From positions 1 to 60,385 of IMG/VR virus record IMGVR_UViG_3300036859_000207: DNA of 60,385 bases; one strand, given 5' to 3'. The notes below the pieces were generated by a model that saw only the letters and a program-made list of their open reading frames with translations, did no database searches and was not told the origin of the DNA. This DNA is from a virus. Lineage: Duplodnaviria; Caudoviricetes. The position numbers were made by a program, and so were the translations under genes. This document shows positions 16,169 through 26,615 of this stretch, in pieces; within the stretch, counting starts at the first letter, position 1, and every line of letters begins with the position of its first letter.

Positions 16169-18697
16169 CTACTGAAGCCGGGGCTGGTTTTCTACTGGCT
16201 GCTCTTCATCGCCGCTTGGCTTGATCCCATTTTCGGCGGCGATGGCGCGATAGACGGGGAGTAGGGCTTGGTCTCTCTTGGCGAGCTCGCCCAGGCGGTT
16301 GATGTGCGTTAGGATGCGCGGCGCCGTCACATTGATGGGCGCCCGTAAAGCGGCTGCACGCAGTTGCGCGTAGGTGGTCATCCAGCGCGTATAGGCGGGG
16401 CGCGACAGCAGGATCGAGGCTGCAAGTCCCGTGCCCGCGACCCCAAGCGGGAGCATGAAGTTACCACTGGCGATTGAGCCGGCCGATCCTACTAACGCGG
16501 TCAGGTTCATCGTGTTGGTGCCGCTGCGCGAGCGGTTGGTTTGCTTCTCGACATTGGCGAGTCGAGACACCACGCGAGCGAAATCGTCTGTTGCAGATGC
16601 TTGCTCGCCACCGAACAGAAGACGCCGGGCAGCAGGGTTCATCTCCTGCCATCGCCGCATGGCGCTCTCTGGCGAGAAGCCAAGCTCCTGCACAATGCCA
16701 CCTGCTGACGGTTGCGGTTTGCCAAGCTCTCGGAACACCAGCGCCGAAAGCTGGTTGCGTTCCTCCGGCCGGAGGACGGCAACCGCCGTCCGCAACATCT
16801 GCATGTTGCCTTTGGTGCCGTCGAGCGCCGCGCGGATAAGGAGTCCCGCCGCCTGTTGCGGGTTTTCCGTGCCGACGACCTTGGAGAAGCGGTCCATTCG
16901 CTCCATACCCATGCGCGTGTAGCGATCGGCGCGACGTAGGGCATACAAAGCGCCTTCAGCCTTGCGCGCCATATCCAAGCTGACCGCATCAGCCCGGTTG
17001 TTGCCGAGCTGAGATTGATTGCGAGCACGATTGGCAAGATCCATAACGCCAATCTCTATGTCGCGCGAGATGGCACCATAGAGTTGCTTAAGCTGCGTGC
17101 GGTCAAGGCGCACATCATAGATGCCGAAGTTGGACAGTGCGCGGCCAATCTCCGTCCGCATGCTCTTCATGGTTGGCAGCGTTACGTTCGTTTTTACCCG
17201 ATCCGCCATACCAGCAAAACGGCCGCCCACAATGCCGCCGGATATCCCAGCCTTCGCTTCAGCCGCAGCCATGGCTTGAAACGCATTCTTTGTGTTCGTC
17301 GCCGCCATCAAATCTGGGTTGGCCGCATTGTTTATCTTCATCTTAGCTGGAATCTGCTGCCACGCATGCTCAAATAGAGCCTCTTGACGGGCGGCGAATG
17401 AAGTCTCCGAACTTGGTGCTCGAATAATCTGCGCCAGCTCGGCGTGGCTCATGTCTTCAGCGGAGCGGCGGGCCAACATAACCTGATCAAGCGGGCGCGC
17501 AGCCGCTACTGGAACACCCCTTGATGTTGCGGCGCTAGCGACATCGCCAATCGCTTGGCGGGCTTGCTGCGCTTGGCTCGCTCGCTCTACGGCACCTGCA
17601 GACATTGTGGAACCGCCACGAGCCGCCCGCTCGTATACAGCCAGCCGCCCAGCGTCATTCATAATAACGTGCTTGGATGGGTCGAGATATTCCAGAGTTC
17701 CGTCTGACTTCACGATGGCTTGCCGTCTTGCTGACAGCGGCGCCGATCCAGGGAGGGGCGACACAAGCTCTCCGACATACCGCCCTGGCGCAAACGGCTG
17801 CACCCCAAGATCTGAGAGCGCGCCAGGCTCAAGACCACGAATCCCAGACGTGCGATAGCGATCAAGGCCACGCTGTAGCGCAGCACCTGTTTGCTCCACG
17901 CTGGCGGCCGGCGCCATGGCGTCCGCAATCCGTCCCTGCGCGGACACCACGTCACGCATGGACTCCTCTAGGGCATTGCGGACGGGGGCGCCGATGATGG
18001 GTGTTTCAGCCAGTTGCTTGGCGACTGAAGCGACAGGACCCTGGTTGAACGCTGGGCCGAACTTGCGCACATCGATATTTTCGAAGGCGCGCGCGTCCTG
18101 GACAGCATTGGCGGCGCGCTCCGTTGCCAGTGCTGCTCCCGTCCGTGTTCCGACTGTGCCCGCCGTCTGTGCGCCTTGTAGCGTTCTCTGAATGCCCGTC
18201 ACAGGCCCAACAGCCAAACCTGGCACGATCTCACGCGCAACGCGCGTCATTGCGCCTTCGTTGGTCTGCGCCTCAGCCTCTCTGCCGGCCGCCGCTGTGT
18301 GCCGCGCAAAGACCGCCTCGCGCCCCGTCTCTGGGTCGTTGGCAAGGAAATCGGTCTGCGGATTGATGCGCAGAAGCTCGCCGTTCGGTCCCTTATAGGC
18401 AGGGCCGAAATCGTATTCCTCGACATCACCCAGCTTCTGTGGTTTGGCGGGCGCATATTGCGAGAACGCATGCGGCGAGACGCCTTGGCGCGCCAAATTA
18501 CGCCCCTCCAGTTCTCCCTGCAGCATGGCCTTGCTGGCGTCCCCGAAGCCCATCGCCGCTGGCTTTGGCGGCTGGTAGTCTTCCCATGGACCACCAGCCG
18601 GCGCGGCGTCGGACATCGGCACGATCTGTGCCTTGGCCAGCGGCATCTGCGCTGGCGCCGCTGGCGCCTGCTGATAGTCCTCCCAAGGCCCCGTCAC
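16169..18697 (-). CDS. Large DNA ejection protein (gp16-like position)
   Basis: PWEDYQ twice at N-terminus; 842 aa helical; C-terminal hydrophobic segment. Confidence 0.7.
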   Translation of the reverse strand: MTGPWEDYQQAPAAPAQMPLAKAQIVPMSDAAPAGGPWEDYQPPKPAAMGFGDASKAMLQGELEGRNLARQGVSPHAFSQYAPAKPQKLGDVEEYDFGPAYKGPNGELLRINPQTDFLANDPETGREAVFARHTAAAGREAEAQTNEGAMTRVAREIVPGLAVGPVTGIQRTLQGAQTAGTVGTRTGAALATERAANAVQDARAFENIDVRKFGPAFNQGPVASVAKQLAETPIIGAPVRNALEESMRDVVSAQGRIADAMAPAASVEQTGAALQRGLDRYRTSGIRGLEPGALSDLGVQPFAPGRYVGELVSPLPGSAPLSARRQAIVKSDGTLEYLDPSKHVIMNDAGRLAVYERAARGGSTMSAGAVERASQAQQARQAIGDVASAATSRGVPVAAARPLDQVMLARRSAEDMSHAELAQIIRAPSSETSFAARQEALFEHAWQQIPAKMKINNAANPDLMAATNTKNAFQAMAAAEAKAGISGGIVGGRFAGMADRVKTNVTLPTMKSMRTEIGRALSNFGIYDVRLDRTQLKQLYGAISRDIEIGVMDLANRARNQSQLGNNRADAVSLDMARKAEGALYALRRADRYTRMGMERMDRFSKVVGTENPQQAAGLLIRAALDGTKGNMQMLRTAVAVLRPEERNQLSALVFRELGKPQPSAGGIVQELGFSPESAMRRWQEMNPAARRLLFGGEQASATDDFARVVSRLANVEKQTNRSRSGTNTMNLTALVGSAGSIASGNFMLPLGVAGTGLAASILLSRPAYTRWMTTYAQLRAAALRAPINVTAPRILTHINRLGELAKRDQALLPVYRAIAAENGIKPSGDEEQPVENQPRLQ

Positions 18698-19968
18698 TGG
18701 GCGCGCTCCCAGCTGTTGGAGTCAGCGGGATTGCCACCCTTGAAGCGGTATGGCACGCCATCCCGCCCCGTCTTGATCGTGCCTATTGGCGGAGCCGCCG
18801 GCAGCGGGGACGTGTTGGGCTTCGTCACTTGGGGACCGCCCGGCGGCCCATTCTGCGCCTTCGTCACGCCACTCAGGTCAAGCGGGACCTGCCTGTTGAC
18901 CTCCGCCATGATGCCAGGCGAATCCGGGGGCATGCCGCGCTTGTAGAACTCCATCTCCAACTGATGCCGCAGCATCGAGCGCTGCGCCACAGCCTTTAGC
19001 ACGGGCAAAGCTAGAGGCAACGTTGACGGATCGGACTGCAAGCTCGCCGTGGCTCGCTCGCTGGCGATCATGTCGAGGTTGCTGGCGGGCTTGAGCTGCT
19101 TCGTCAGCTCAAAGACGCCCTTCTGCGCCAGGAACTGGAACAACTCAGTCGGTGCAATACTGTCGTCCTTGATGCCAAGCGACGTGCCAAGCTTGCGCAG
19201 CTGCAAAAGCTGCGGGCCGGCGAATCCAGTCCTCGCGTGAGGCGCCAGCTCCTCCAGGGTGCTCATGATGTTGTGCGTGTCCGCCGCATCGGTATATAGC
19301 TTGCTGGATTCGGCGTAGAGCTTCGGTGCCTCTGATTTGGCGAATTCCTTGCCGAAGATCAGGGCGCCTTGATTGCTCTGTCCCGGCTGCTCTGGCAGCG
19401 GTCCCTTTTGGTTGTAGTATTGACCTGTAACGGGATTGACCTGCACCTTCGCGTTGGAGGCCTGCGACGTGAACAACCCGGCTTGCGCCGTGTCCTTGCC
19501 GGCTTCGGCCTCCTTGGCGGAAATGCCGACCTCTTTCGCCCGCGTATCCAGAGGATCGCGATACCCGCGCGCCACAGCCGTCCAGTACCTCGAGACAGCC
19601 ACTGGGTCGTTTATCAGCTCGGCAGGCAGGTGCTTGCCGAGCGTCGATTGGATGCGCGGATCCGAGGCGTAGATTTTGCGCAGCATGTCGGTGCGCTTGG
19701 CTTCATCGGATTCCGCGTCCATCATTTGCGACAAGCCCGCGAAGCGCTTGGCGAGAGCGCCCTCGTACTCCAGCGCGCCGGTATCATTGGCCTGCTTCAT
19801 CTGCGCGACTTTGAACGGCTGCATCTCCCTCTCGAAGCCAAGCCGCTCCTGCTCCATGCCGAGCTTGTTCCTCGCCATCTCCTGTTGCTGGAGGGCAAGC
19901 GCGTGCTGGCGACTGTTGTCCAGCGCGTTGGTGACTGGCGAAAAGTCGAGGGCGTATGGAGAGGCCAT
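18694..19968 (-). CDS. DNA ejection protein (gp20-like position)
   Basis: Gln-rich N-terminus; ends YRFKGGNPADSNSW. Confidence 0.65.
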   Translation of the reverse strand: MASPYALDFSPVTNALDNSRQHALALQQQEMARNKLGMEQERLGFEREMQPFKVAQMKQANDTGALEYEGALAKRFAGLSQMMDAESDEAKRTDMLRKIYASDPRIQSTLGKHLPAELINDPVAVSRYWTAVARGYRDPLDTRAKEVGISAKEAEAGKDTAQAGLFTSQASNAKVQVNPVTGQYYNQKGPLPEQPGQSNQGALIFGKEFAKSEAPKLYAESSKLYTDAADTHNIMSTLEELAPHARTGFAGPQLLQLRKLGTSLGIKDDSIAPTELFQFLAQKGVFELTKQLKPASNLDMIASERATASLQSDPSTLPLALPVLKAVAQRSMLRHQLEMEFYKRGMPPDSPGIMAEVNRQVPLDLSGVTKAQNGPPGGPQVTKPNTSPLPAAPPIGTIKTGRDGVPYRFKGGNPADSNSWERAQ

Positions 19969-19980
19969 CTTCTGTTCTCC

Positions 19981-20691
19981 TTACGAGAACCAACGCTGAT
20001 ACCAAGGCGTCTGCTGTGTGGACGTGCTCCAGCCGCCATTCGCAGCCGTTCCGGTAGAGCGTCCGAGATTGTTCATGCCGCCTACAGGCATCCCAGTGAA
20101 TGCGCTGACGGCAAGGCCGCCAAGTCCCAGCATGTTCTGCGCCAGCGTGTTTTGCGTCTTTGCCCGCTCGCCGTAGAGATTGGCCAACTGCGCACTGTTC
20201 TGGCCGTAGGCGCCGGCGATGCCCGCACCCTCATTCTGCGCAATGCCAGCCATCGTGTTGGCGGCTTCTTGCCCCTGCCGTCCCATGCCCGCCAGCTGAT
20301 TCTGCCAATTGCCATAGTTTTCGAGATTGGCGCGGCTTTCGGCGAGTGCGTGCACCGGGGCACCGTATCCACCGCGCGCATTGAACGCCCACCCCGTTCG
20401 CTTCTGGTCGAGCTCCCTCTGCTTGGCGAGGATCGGGTCGGAGGTGTAGAGGTCTTGCGCCACCCCGCGCGCATCCGCACCGTTGACACCCAGCGTATCG
20501 CCGTAGAGACCGAAGGCTCGGCCGCCTTGGTCCCGATAGGGCGACAGGTAGCCTTTGGCCTCATCGCTGTACTGACGAATGGCGCCGGTTGCCTGGCCGG
20601 TGTTGGCGTTGACCGCGCCAATGCCCTTGTCGATGTCCTTGCGTGCGTTGGCGCCCGTGAAGCCGCCCACAATATCGGATAGCCAGCCCAT
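19981..20691 (-). CDS. DNA ejection/pilot protein (P22 gp7-like)
   Basis: G/A/Q/N-rich; LSPYRDQG motif typical of gp7-like proteins. Confidence 0.75.
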   Translation of the reverse strand: MGWLSDIVGGFTGANARKDIDKGIGAVNANTGQATGAIRQYSDEAKGYLSPYRDQGGRAFGLYGDTLGVNGADARGVAQDLYTSDPILAKQRELDQKRTGWAFNARGGYGAPVHALAESRANLENYGNWQNQLAGMGRQGQEAANTMAGIAQNEGAGIAGAYGQNSAQLANLYGERAKTQNTLAQNMLGLGGLAVSAFTGMPVGGMNNLGRSTGTAANGGWSTSTQQTPWYQRWFS

Positions 20692-20706
20692 GGGAATTCC
20701 TCTCTG

Positions 20707-21381
20707 TCAGTGCCAGGCTGCGGCGGCCATGGCGGTGATCGTAGTTGTGCTGTCGAGCTGCGCCGAGTAGCCGTAGCCAACCTCGGCTGGAAGCTTCTGG
20801 TCGCTGGCGCAGCTCGACGGGATGTTGTTGATCGTTGCGTTGCTGTCGAGAAGCACGCCGGTCGGCCATGTGAAGGAACCGGCACTCGCCGCAGTCACAT
20901 TGCCCGCGATCAGAATGGCATGCGACGGCACATCGATGGTGTCGCTGAGCAGAGTGGCGGACGCGATGTTGGACGTGCCTTCGACTGCTGTCGGACTGTT
21001 GTTGCGCAATCGGCGCAAGGCATAAGTGTGGCAGTGCACGACCAGCATGTTGCCGGAGAACGTGCAGACGACATCGCCGCTCGTTCCGGTTGGTATCAGG
21101 CGGCTGCAAATCGCCGTTATTGCCACGGCTACCGCATTGGGGGCACGCTGGTTGATATGGATCGAAGCAGCGCCCCCACCAGATGTTACGGAGTTCAGTG
21201 TACGCGTAGATACAGCTACATAGGCCGAGATGATGTGCACAATGACGCGGTCAGACGCTTCCGGGCCGTAGTTGACCGCAGGAAAAGTGTAGATGGTCGC
21301 AGAAGTATTGAATGGCGTCTCAGACTGGAGAAACGTTCGCGTGCCAATCTTGCCGCCGATGGGAGCGCCAACAAACAGCAT
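20707..21381 (-). CDS. Virion structural protein (tail-associated)
   Basis: S/T/A-rich beta protein in tail cluster. Confidence 0.55.
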   Translation of the reverse strand: MLFVGAPIGGKIGTRTFLQSETPFNTSATIYTFPAVNYGPEASDRVIVHIISAYVAVSTRTLNSVTSGGGAASIHINQRAPNAVAVAITAICSRLIPTGTSGDVVCTFSGNMLVVHCHTYALRRLRNNSPTAVEGTSNIASATLLSDTIDVPSHAILIAGNVTAASAGSFTWPTGVLLDSNATINNIPSSCASDQKLPAEVGYGYSAQLDSTTTITAMAAAAWH

Positions 21382-21866
21382 CAGGCCAGCACGATGGGGC
21401 CGCTGAACTGCAGAGCCAGGTTCTCGCAATCGCTGGAGGTAGACGAGAACGTCACGCTGAGCTGATCTCCCACAGCAACCGCATTGGCCGAAGCATGCGC
21501 CTGCACATTCTCGGAGGTGGACGCGCTGTTGGACGACCCGCCAAGCGGCGTACCGTTGATGTTGAGCGTGACGGTCGCGGTGCCGACCTCGGTTTGCGTC
21601 ACCGTCTCAGTGATCGAGAACGCTTCCTTGGAACTGGGTATCAGGATGACGGTCTCATCCTCAGGGAACTTGACCGGATACGATCCCCAGAAGGTCTGCG
21701 CCTTGGCCGCCTTGGTGGCGAGGCCTGTGTCTTCGCTTCCAACCGCGCTGTTGGTGGCGTTGTAGGCCGACGCGAACAGCTGCATGATCCTGTACCAGTC
21801 GGGATGCATGCGGTTGTTGAGGATCAATGGAACGCTGGCGTCAGGCAGGTTGATGGGGTCGGCCAT
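21381..21866 (-). CDS. Tail needle/knob-like protein
   Basis: N-terminal MHPDWYR motif typical of post-gp10 needle genes; beta-rich C-terminus. Confidence 0.5.
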   Translation of the reverse strand: MADPINLPDASVPLILNNRMHPDWYRIMQLFASAYNATNSAVGSEDTGLATKAAKAQTFWGSYPVKFPEDETVILIPSSKEAFSITETVTQTEVGTATVTLNINGTPLGGSSNSASTSENVQAHASANAVAVGDQLSVTFSSTSSDCENLALQFSGPIVLA

Positions 21867-23135
21867 CTATTGCTGATCTCCAGCGAGACCGTTTACGGCA
21901 ACGCCTCCACCAACCACCGCCGGCCCAGCGATCCCGTACTTCCTCAGTATCTCTATGATCTCGGGAGACCAGACAACATAGTTGGATGTCGGCGGTCGCA
22001 TGTCGCGGAGGGCTGCCATCACGCTGTTGCCCTCAATGGTTTGTCCAGACCCGCGCAGATGATCCTCAAGTGCGGCCATTGCCTGCTTTTGATCACCTCC
22101 GACCCGCTCTAACCACTGTCTGGCGATGTCGTTGGCGGGCGAACTCGGCCCAGTCCGCATCCCTCTTGAGCCTTGGTCCAGGTAGCGGATGCCGGGGATG
22201 CCGGCTTCGTTGAGAATTGAGGCGGATTGCCTATCCGCGCTACGTATCGCCGATCCGACCGGAATGCCATATTTGGGATCAGCAGTCCCGCTTGTTGCCA
22301 CGATGGCATTGCGTAAACTGTTGAGGTGTTCGCCAACCTCGACATGGGCAAGCAGAGGAACCTTGTAGCCGGACACAGCCCGCGTAGCTTCATATGCTTT
22401 TTCAAGGGCACCTCTGGCCTGCTGACTTTGTCCTCCCAGTGGCTTATCCCAGTCCAGGAATGACTCTGGGGTGGCGTGGAGGGCGACCTCGTACATCTTG
22501 CCGGGAGGCGTAAACTTTCCGCTATCCAGAAGGTCAGCACCATCCCTTAAAGTTTGGGCGGTCAGAGGATGGTCTTGATGAAAGTTGGCCGCTTCGTCGC
22601 GCATAATGCGGGCTGCTTCCACTGGATCGCCCTTCGTCCAACTGAGCCAGTCCGCAGCACGTTTCTGCGCATCTTGACCTGGAGCCTGGCCAGCCAACCG
22701 ATCGCGGTACCCTTTTGCGACTGCCTCTTCCTGCGCAAAGTACAGCCCACTCCCATATGCTTGATTGCCCTCACCCGACCCAATCTTGGAGAGGTCGAAC
22801 TTGTCGAAGTCGTGCGGGGAGCCGTGGTAGGCGCGGATCGGTTTGGCGATGCGCGGCGGCATCGGCACCTTGGGCCCGAGGAAGTTCGCCGCGAACATCA
22901 CATCCTCAGGGATGTAGGACATGGCGCGGCCGATGGCGTTGGGTTCCACGCGCGCTGGCGCCGCTGCCAGCTGCTCTGGCGTCAGCATGCCGCCTTGCTG
23001 GCCTCGGTAGTAATCCTGCAAGGTCGGCACCTGCCGATCCAGACGTTCCTGCAGCCAGGACTTCGGCTGCATGCGATCCAGCACGTCGGCCGTTGTCGGC
23101 TCATCCGCCAAGGCGTTGCGCCAATCGTCTGCCAC
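21867..23135 (-). CDS. Virion-associated ADP-ribosyltransferase-like protein (ART-PolyVal-type domain)
   Basis: AYHGSPHDFDKFDLSKIGSGEG..AYGSGLYF; MYEV; GIPGIRYLD; NYVVW. Confidence 0.75.
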   Translation of the reverse strand: MADDWRNALADEPTTADVLDRMQPKSWLQERLDRQVPTLQDYYRGQQGGMLTPEQLAAAPARVEPNAIGRAMSYIPEDVMFAANFLGPKVPMPPRIAKPIRAYHGSPHDFDKFDLSKIGSGEGNQAYGSGLYFAQEEAVAKGYRDRLAGQAPGQDAQKRAADWLSWTKGDPVEAARIMRDEAANFHQDHPLTAQTLRDGADLLDSGKFTPPGKMYEVALHATPESFLDWDKPLGGQSQQARGALEKAYEATRAVSGYKVPLLAHVEVGEHLNSLRNAIVATSGTADPKYGIPVGSAIRSADRQSASILNEAGIPGIRYLDQGSRGMRTGPSSPANDIARQWLERVGGDQKQAMAALEDHLRGSGQTIEGNSVMAALRDMRPPTSNYVVWSPEIIEILRKYGIAGPAVVGGGVAVNGLAGDQQ

Positions 23136-23139
23136 GGCC

Positions 23140-24603
23140 TCACGCCGCCATCTTCAGCTTGCGCGCCGTCACGGCGGCAGCCAGCAATCCCCACACCACG
23201 CGAGCCGAGCACGACAGCCGGAACGACACGCCATTGGCGCCGAAGCGCCCGAAGCTCGTTTCCCGCAATTGCACGTGCCGTTGCGCATCGGCGCCGAGAT
23301 CGATCTGACGCAGGCCGCCGAATGATTGCCCGCCATCGTCGGAGTAATCCAGCATCAGCTGCGGGCTGGCGTCCTCATCCGCCGATGAATTCACGCCCAC
23401 GCCCGTGATGGCGTCGATGAACACCTCGTCAATAATGAACGGATTGGGAAACATATGCACGGGCGGGGTAACGACCTGCATCAGGATCACCTCGCCAACC
23501 TCATCGAAGGTGTCGGGATTGGAGGCATAGAGCAGGTTGGTAGCGTAGTCGCCGAACAGATGCACCTGCCCGATCTGGGCATGAGGACCAGTCCTGTGCC
23601 GATCCAACCCGAAGCTCTTGACCTGGAACCACTGGCCGGTGCCGCTATCCCAGCGCATGGAGAAAGCCGTCCCGGAAATCTCGTAGAACGAGTGCTCGTC
23701 CTCGGTCCATGCCTTGGAGCGGAGGTCGGCAGGATTCGGCTCGGCCCGCACGAGGATGTCGACCTCTGTATTGGAGATTTGCGTGCCGGAGTACCCATCC
23801 AGGACACGAATGCCGGCGTAGGTGCCCTCGCTGTCCGTAGCGGCCCAAATCACGCTGTCCACGGCCGACCCGCCGGGCGGCTGCAGGATGACCTGCTGGA
23901 CGGAACCGGCCGCGTAGCAGCCAATGCGGGCCGTCTGGATGCGGGTGAATGGGAAATCGCCCTGGCCGCCGTTGTCAACGTAGAACTCTAGGCTGCGCTG
24001 CCCCATGATGATCAGTTCGCGCCCGCGCACCGCCGCCATCACGTTCTGGTCTGGCGAGGATTGCGCCTCGGTGAAATCCAATCCATCGATGGTTGCATCG
24101 TCCACCGCCGAGATGTACCAGCGCCCATCGGCAATGACGAACACGAAAAAACCGTCCACCTCCACCACAGCGATCGGCGGGGGCAGGTCAGGGTCGGTGC
24201 CCTGGGTGAGTGTGCCGCTGGTGTAGATGTACCATAGGCCGTCGCAGACGATGGCGACTTGGGGATTGGGCGAGCGGCGGTTGCGCGCCATGGTGACGAA
24301 GCCATCCGAGGCAATGCCGCCAACCAGCGTCATGGGCGAGCCGCCGATGTTGGTGGCGAACAGCTGCCGCCCCGAGACGATCAGCACTTGGGCGTCTACT
24401 GTCAGCATGGCGCGTACGAGGCCGCCGCCGGTCAGCGCATCTCCGAAGGCATCCAGGCCGTTGATGGCGTAGATGGGCCATTCGACCTTGCCGCCCTCGC
24501 CCAAGTGCTCGACGTAGCAATTGACGAACGCGGCAACGCCTTCCGGGCCATGGCGGCCCTTGTTGGAGCCGCGACCGAGGGAGATGGGGACGGGCTCGGC
24601 CAT
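23140..24603 (-). CDS. Packaged-DNA stabilization/tail protein (P22 gp10-like)
   Basis: Beta-propeller-like composition; LDYSDDGGQSF motif; position. Confidence 0.85.
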   Translation of the reverse strand: MAEPVPISLGRGSNKGRHGPEGVAAFVNCYVEHLGEGGKVEWPIYAINGLDAFGDALTGGGLVRAMLTVDAQVLIVSGRQLFATNIGGSPMTLVGGIASDGFVTMARNRRSPNPQVAIVCDGLWYIYTSGTLTQGTDPDLPPPIAVVEVDGFFVFVIADGRWYISAVDDATIDGLDFTEAQSSPDQNVMAAVRGRELIIMGQRSLEFYVDNGGQGDFPFTRIQTARIGCYAAGSVQQVILQPPGGSAVDSVIWAATDSEGTYAGIRVLDGYSGTQISNTEVDILVRAEPNPADLRSKAWTEDEHSFYEISGTAFSMRWDSGTGQWFQVKSFGLDRHRTGPHAQIGQVHLFGDYATNLLYASNPDTFDEVGEVILMQVVTPPVHMFPNPFIIDEVFIDAITGVGVNSSADEDASPQLMLDYSDDGGQSFGGLRQIDLGADAQRHVQLRETSFGRFGANGVSFRLSCSARVVWGLLAAAVTARKLKMAA

Positions 24604-25073
24604 CAGTACAACCACCCCGATCCACCAGATGATCCCGTGAACGAATTGCTCTGCTGCGCCAGCTTGTTCTTCTGCAGTATGCCGATGGAATCGGGTGCCG
24701 CATTGCCAGAGGCAAAGCCACCAGAGGGCTGCGACGATGGTTGCGGTGGGCTGTAGTTTGCCAGCACTGGCGGCGGCGCGGAACTTGGCGCTGCCCCACC
24801 ACCGGCATCGGCGGTCGTGCTGAACCCAGGACTGACGGACCCAAGCGTCGGCGTCGGAGCTATGGGTCTACTCCCTGCCCGAGGCGCCATCCAAGGCTGC
24901 TGCAGAGACTGGGCGTTGATGCCGCCCTGCATGGGCTGAGCCTGCTGTCTCATGCCGAAGGCTTGCCAGTAAGGCTGCTGCGGAGGCGCCACGAAACCAA
25001 GCGCGGCATCTCCCCATTGCTGCAGGTTATTGCCGCCGAGCGCGTTGTAGCCGGATGATCCCCAACCAAGCAT
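24603..25073 (-). CDS. Low-complexity P/Q/S-rich virion protein
   Basis: Fills gap between gp4-like and gp10-like genes; TGATG coupling. Confidence 0.55.
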   Translation of the reverse strand: MLGWGSSGYNALGGNNLQQWGDAALGFVAPPQQPYWQAFGMRQQAQPMQGGINAQSLQQPWMAPRAGSRPIAPTPTLGSVSPGFSTTADAGGGAAPSSAPPPVLANYSPPQPSSQPSGGFASGNAAPDSIGILQKNKLAQQSNSFTGSSGGSGWLY

Positions 25074-25082
25074 GTTCGCCCC

Positions 25083-25448
25083 TCAGAAGTAGCACGCCTG
25101 CGTTGGTGCGCCGGTCGGATCGCGGGCCAGCAAGCGCTGCAGCATGCGCGTCCCCTTGGTGCCGATGGACACGACCTGGCCGTCCTCATCAGCCTCGGCC
25201 GGAACTGGCATTCCCAAGCCTGGGCACATTTCCTCGGCGATGATGCGAGAGAGGGCGCCGGCAACCAAATCGGGGATTTCATCGTGGGGCCAATAGACCC
25301 GATCCTGCGAGGACATCTCCGCGAACTTCTGGTCATACAGCCGCTCGACACGGGCACGCTGTGCCGATGTTGGGGACTTGTTGATGTCGACGATGCCGAG
25401 CCTTGTGCCCAACACGTCGGAAGCCAGTTCGGCTATGGAGGTCGTCAT
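25083..25448 (-). CDS. Head-tail adaptor (P22 gp4-like)
   Basis: Size, helical pattern and position; C-terminal YF. Confidence 0.65.
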   Translation of the reverse strand: MTTSIAELASDVLGTRLGIVDINKSPTSAQRARVERLYDQKFAEMSSQDRVYWPHDEIPDLVAGALSRIIAEEMCPGLGMPVPAEADEDGQVVSIGTKGTRMLQRLLARDPTGAPTQACYF

Positions 25449-25777
25449 GGAACGTAGTCCGTCAAGTTGCCATCCCAGGGATAGAAGGCGGAATCCTGCA
25501 CGAGGAAGTCACCCTCAAGCGCGATGACGCCGCCCGTCGATTCCCAGCGGAAACGCCAACGTCCCGAGCTGTCCGGCGTGATATCGGCGGCGTAGTCACC
25601 TACGCTCTGCTTGGTCACTTCGCTGTCCGTGCCGTAGGTGTAGGTCGTCGAAACGCCAAAGGGGTCCATCACCTTGATGAGGACGGTCGTCGGGTCGGTG
25701 TCGTTGCCGGCGTCGTCGGTCAGGTTGACCGTCAGCCGTATAGGCGAGTTGACGTAGTGCTTGCCGGGAGCGAGCAT
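25445..25777 (-). CDS. Ig/BppU-like virion protein
   Basis: Beta-sandwich pattern (GDYAADI...GRWRFRW). Confidence 0.6.
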   Translation of the reverse strand: MLAPGKHYVNSPIRLTVNLTDDAGNDTDPTTVLIKVMDPFGVSTTYTYGTDSEVTKQSVGDYAADITPDSSGRWRFRWESTGGVIALEGDFLVQDSAFYPWDGNLTDYVP

Positions 25778-25959
25778 GGAAGCCTCTCACTTCGCCGTAG
25801 CGACGATCAGCACGCTGGCGCTATCGTTGGCTGACTGAAGATGCGGGGCGACGAAGGTGGCGCCCAGCGGCAGCACCGACATCGCAGCGGCTCCAAATGC
25901 CCCCGACATGGCGACGGGGACAGGAAGCGTTGCCGGGCTGCTTGACGTAGATGTCGGCA

Positions 25960-26205
25960 TCAGCTGGCGCTTTCAGCATATGGGTTGGCGGCGTGGCCGT
26001 TGGTGGCCACGGGCGGGGTCTCTGGCTTGGCTGCCTTTGGCGCCTCTGCCGCTGCGGCTACCTCGGCGGTAGCCGCCCGAACAGCCCGCTGCTGCTGCTT
26101 TGTTGCTATCCAGTTCTGCAACGCCGCGATTTCCTTGCCACGAAAGTGCTCCATGGCGAAGATGTTGAGCTCGGCGAGGTCTTGATCTGAGAGAGTCAGT
26201 GGCAT
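25960..26205 (-). CDS. Hypothetical protein
   Basis: SD aggaagg before ATG at 26205. Confidence 0.55.
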   Translation of the reverse strand: MPLTLSDQDLAELNIFAMEHFRGKEIAALQNWIATKQQQRAVRAATAEVAAAAEAPKAAKPETPPVATNGHAANPYAESAS

Positions 26206-26309
26206 GTGGTTGTCTGCCTTCCTGTGGTTGTGGGGGGGGGCATTTTGGGCTTGCGCTTGGGCGGGTAATTTGCATCCATCCGGGGCAGGCACGCGAGCGA
26301 GGAGCGCAA

Positions 26310-26615
26310 ATGAGAAATCCCGAAGACAGGAAAGTCGTCACGCACCAAGCGCGCTACTTCGCTGGTCTTCCCTTCGGCCGCACCAGCGACCCGCGCGATG
26401 ACGAGCCATTCAGCGAGGCCGAGTTTGCGAACTTGACCACTGACGCAGACCAGATCGCCGCCATGGCCCGCTCGCTGCGCGCAACCCTCGTGCGAGACCG
26501 GCCCGGCAGCCCACCCATCACCACGCGCGAGGCGGCCGACATCGTCGAATTGATCCAGCTACTGGCCGAGTCGGTTGCCTTGCTCGTGAAGCGCGGCGAT
26601 GCCGTCGATCGCTAG
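26310..26615 (+). CDS. Hypothetical protein, antisense insertion in tail region
   Basis: SD gaggag; stop overlaps convergent stop (CTAG). Confidence 0.6.
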   Translation: MRNPEDRKVVTHQARYFAGLPFGRTSDPRDDEPFSEAEFANLTTDADQIAAMARSLRATLVRDRPGSPPITTREAADIVELIQLLAESVALLVKRGDAVDR

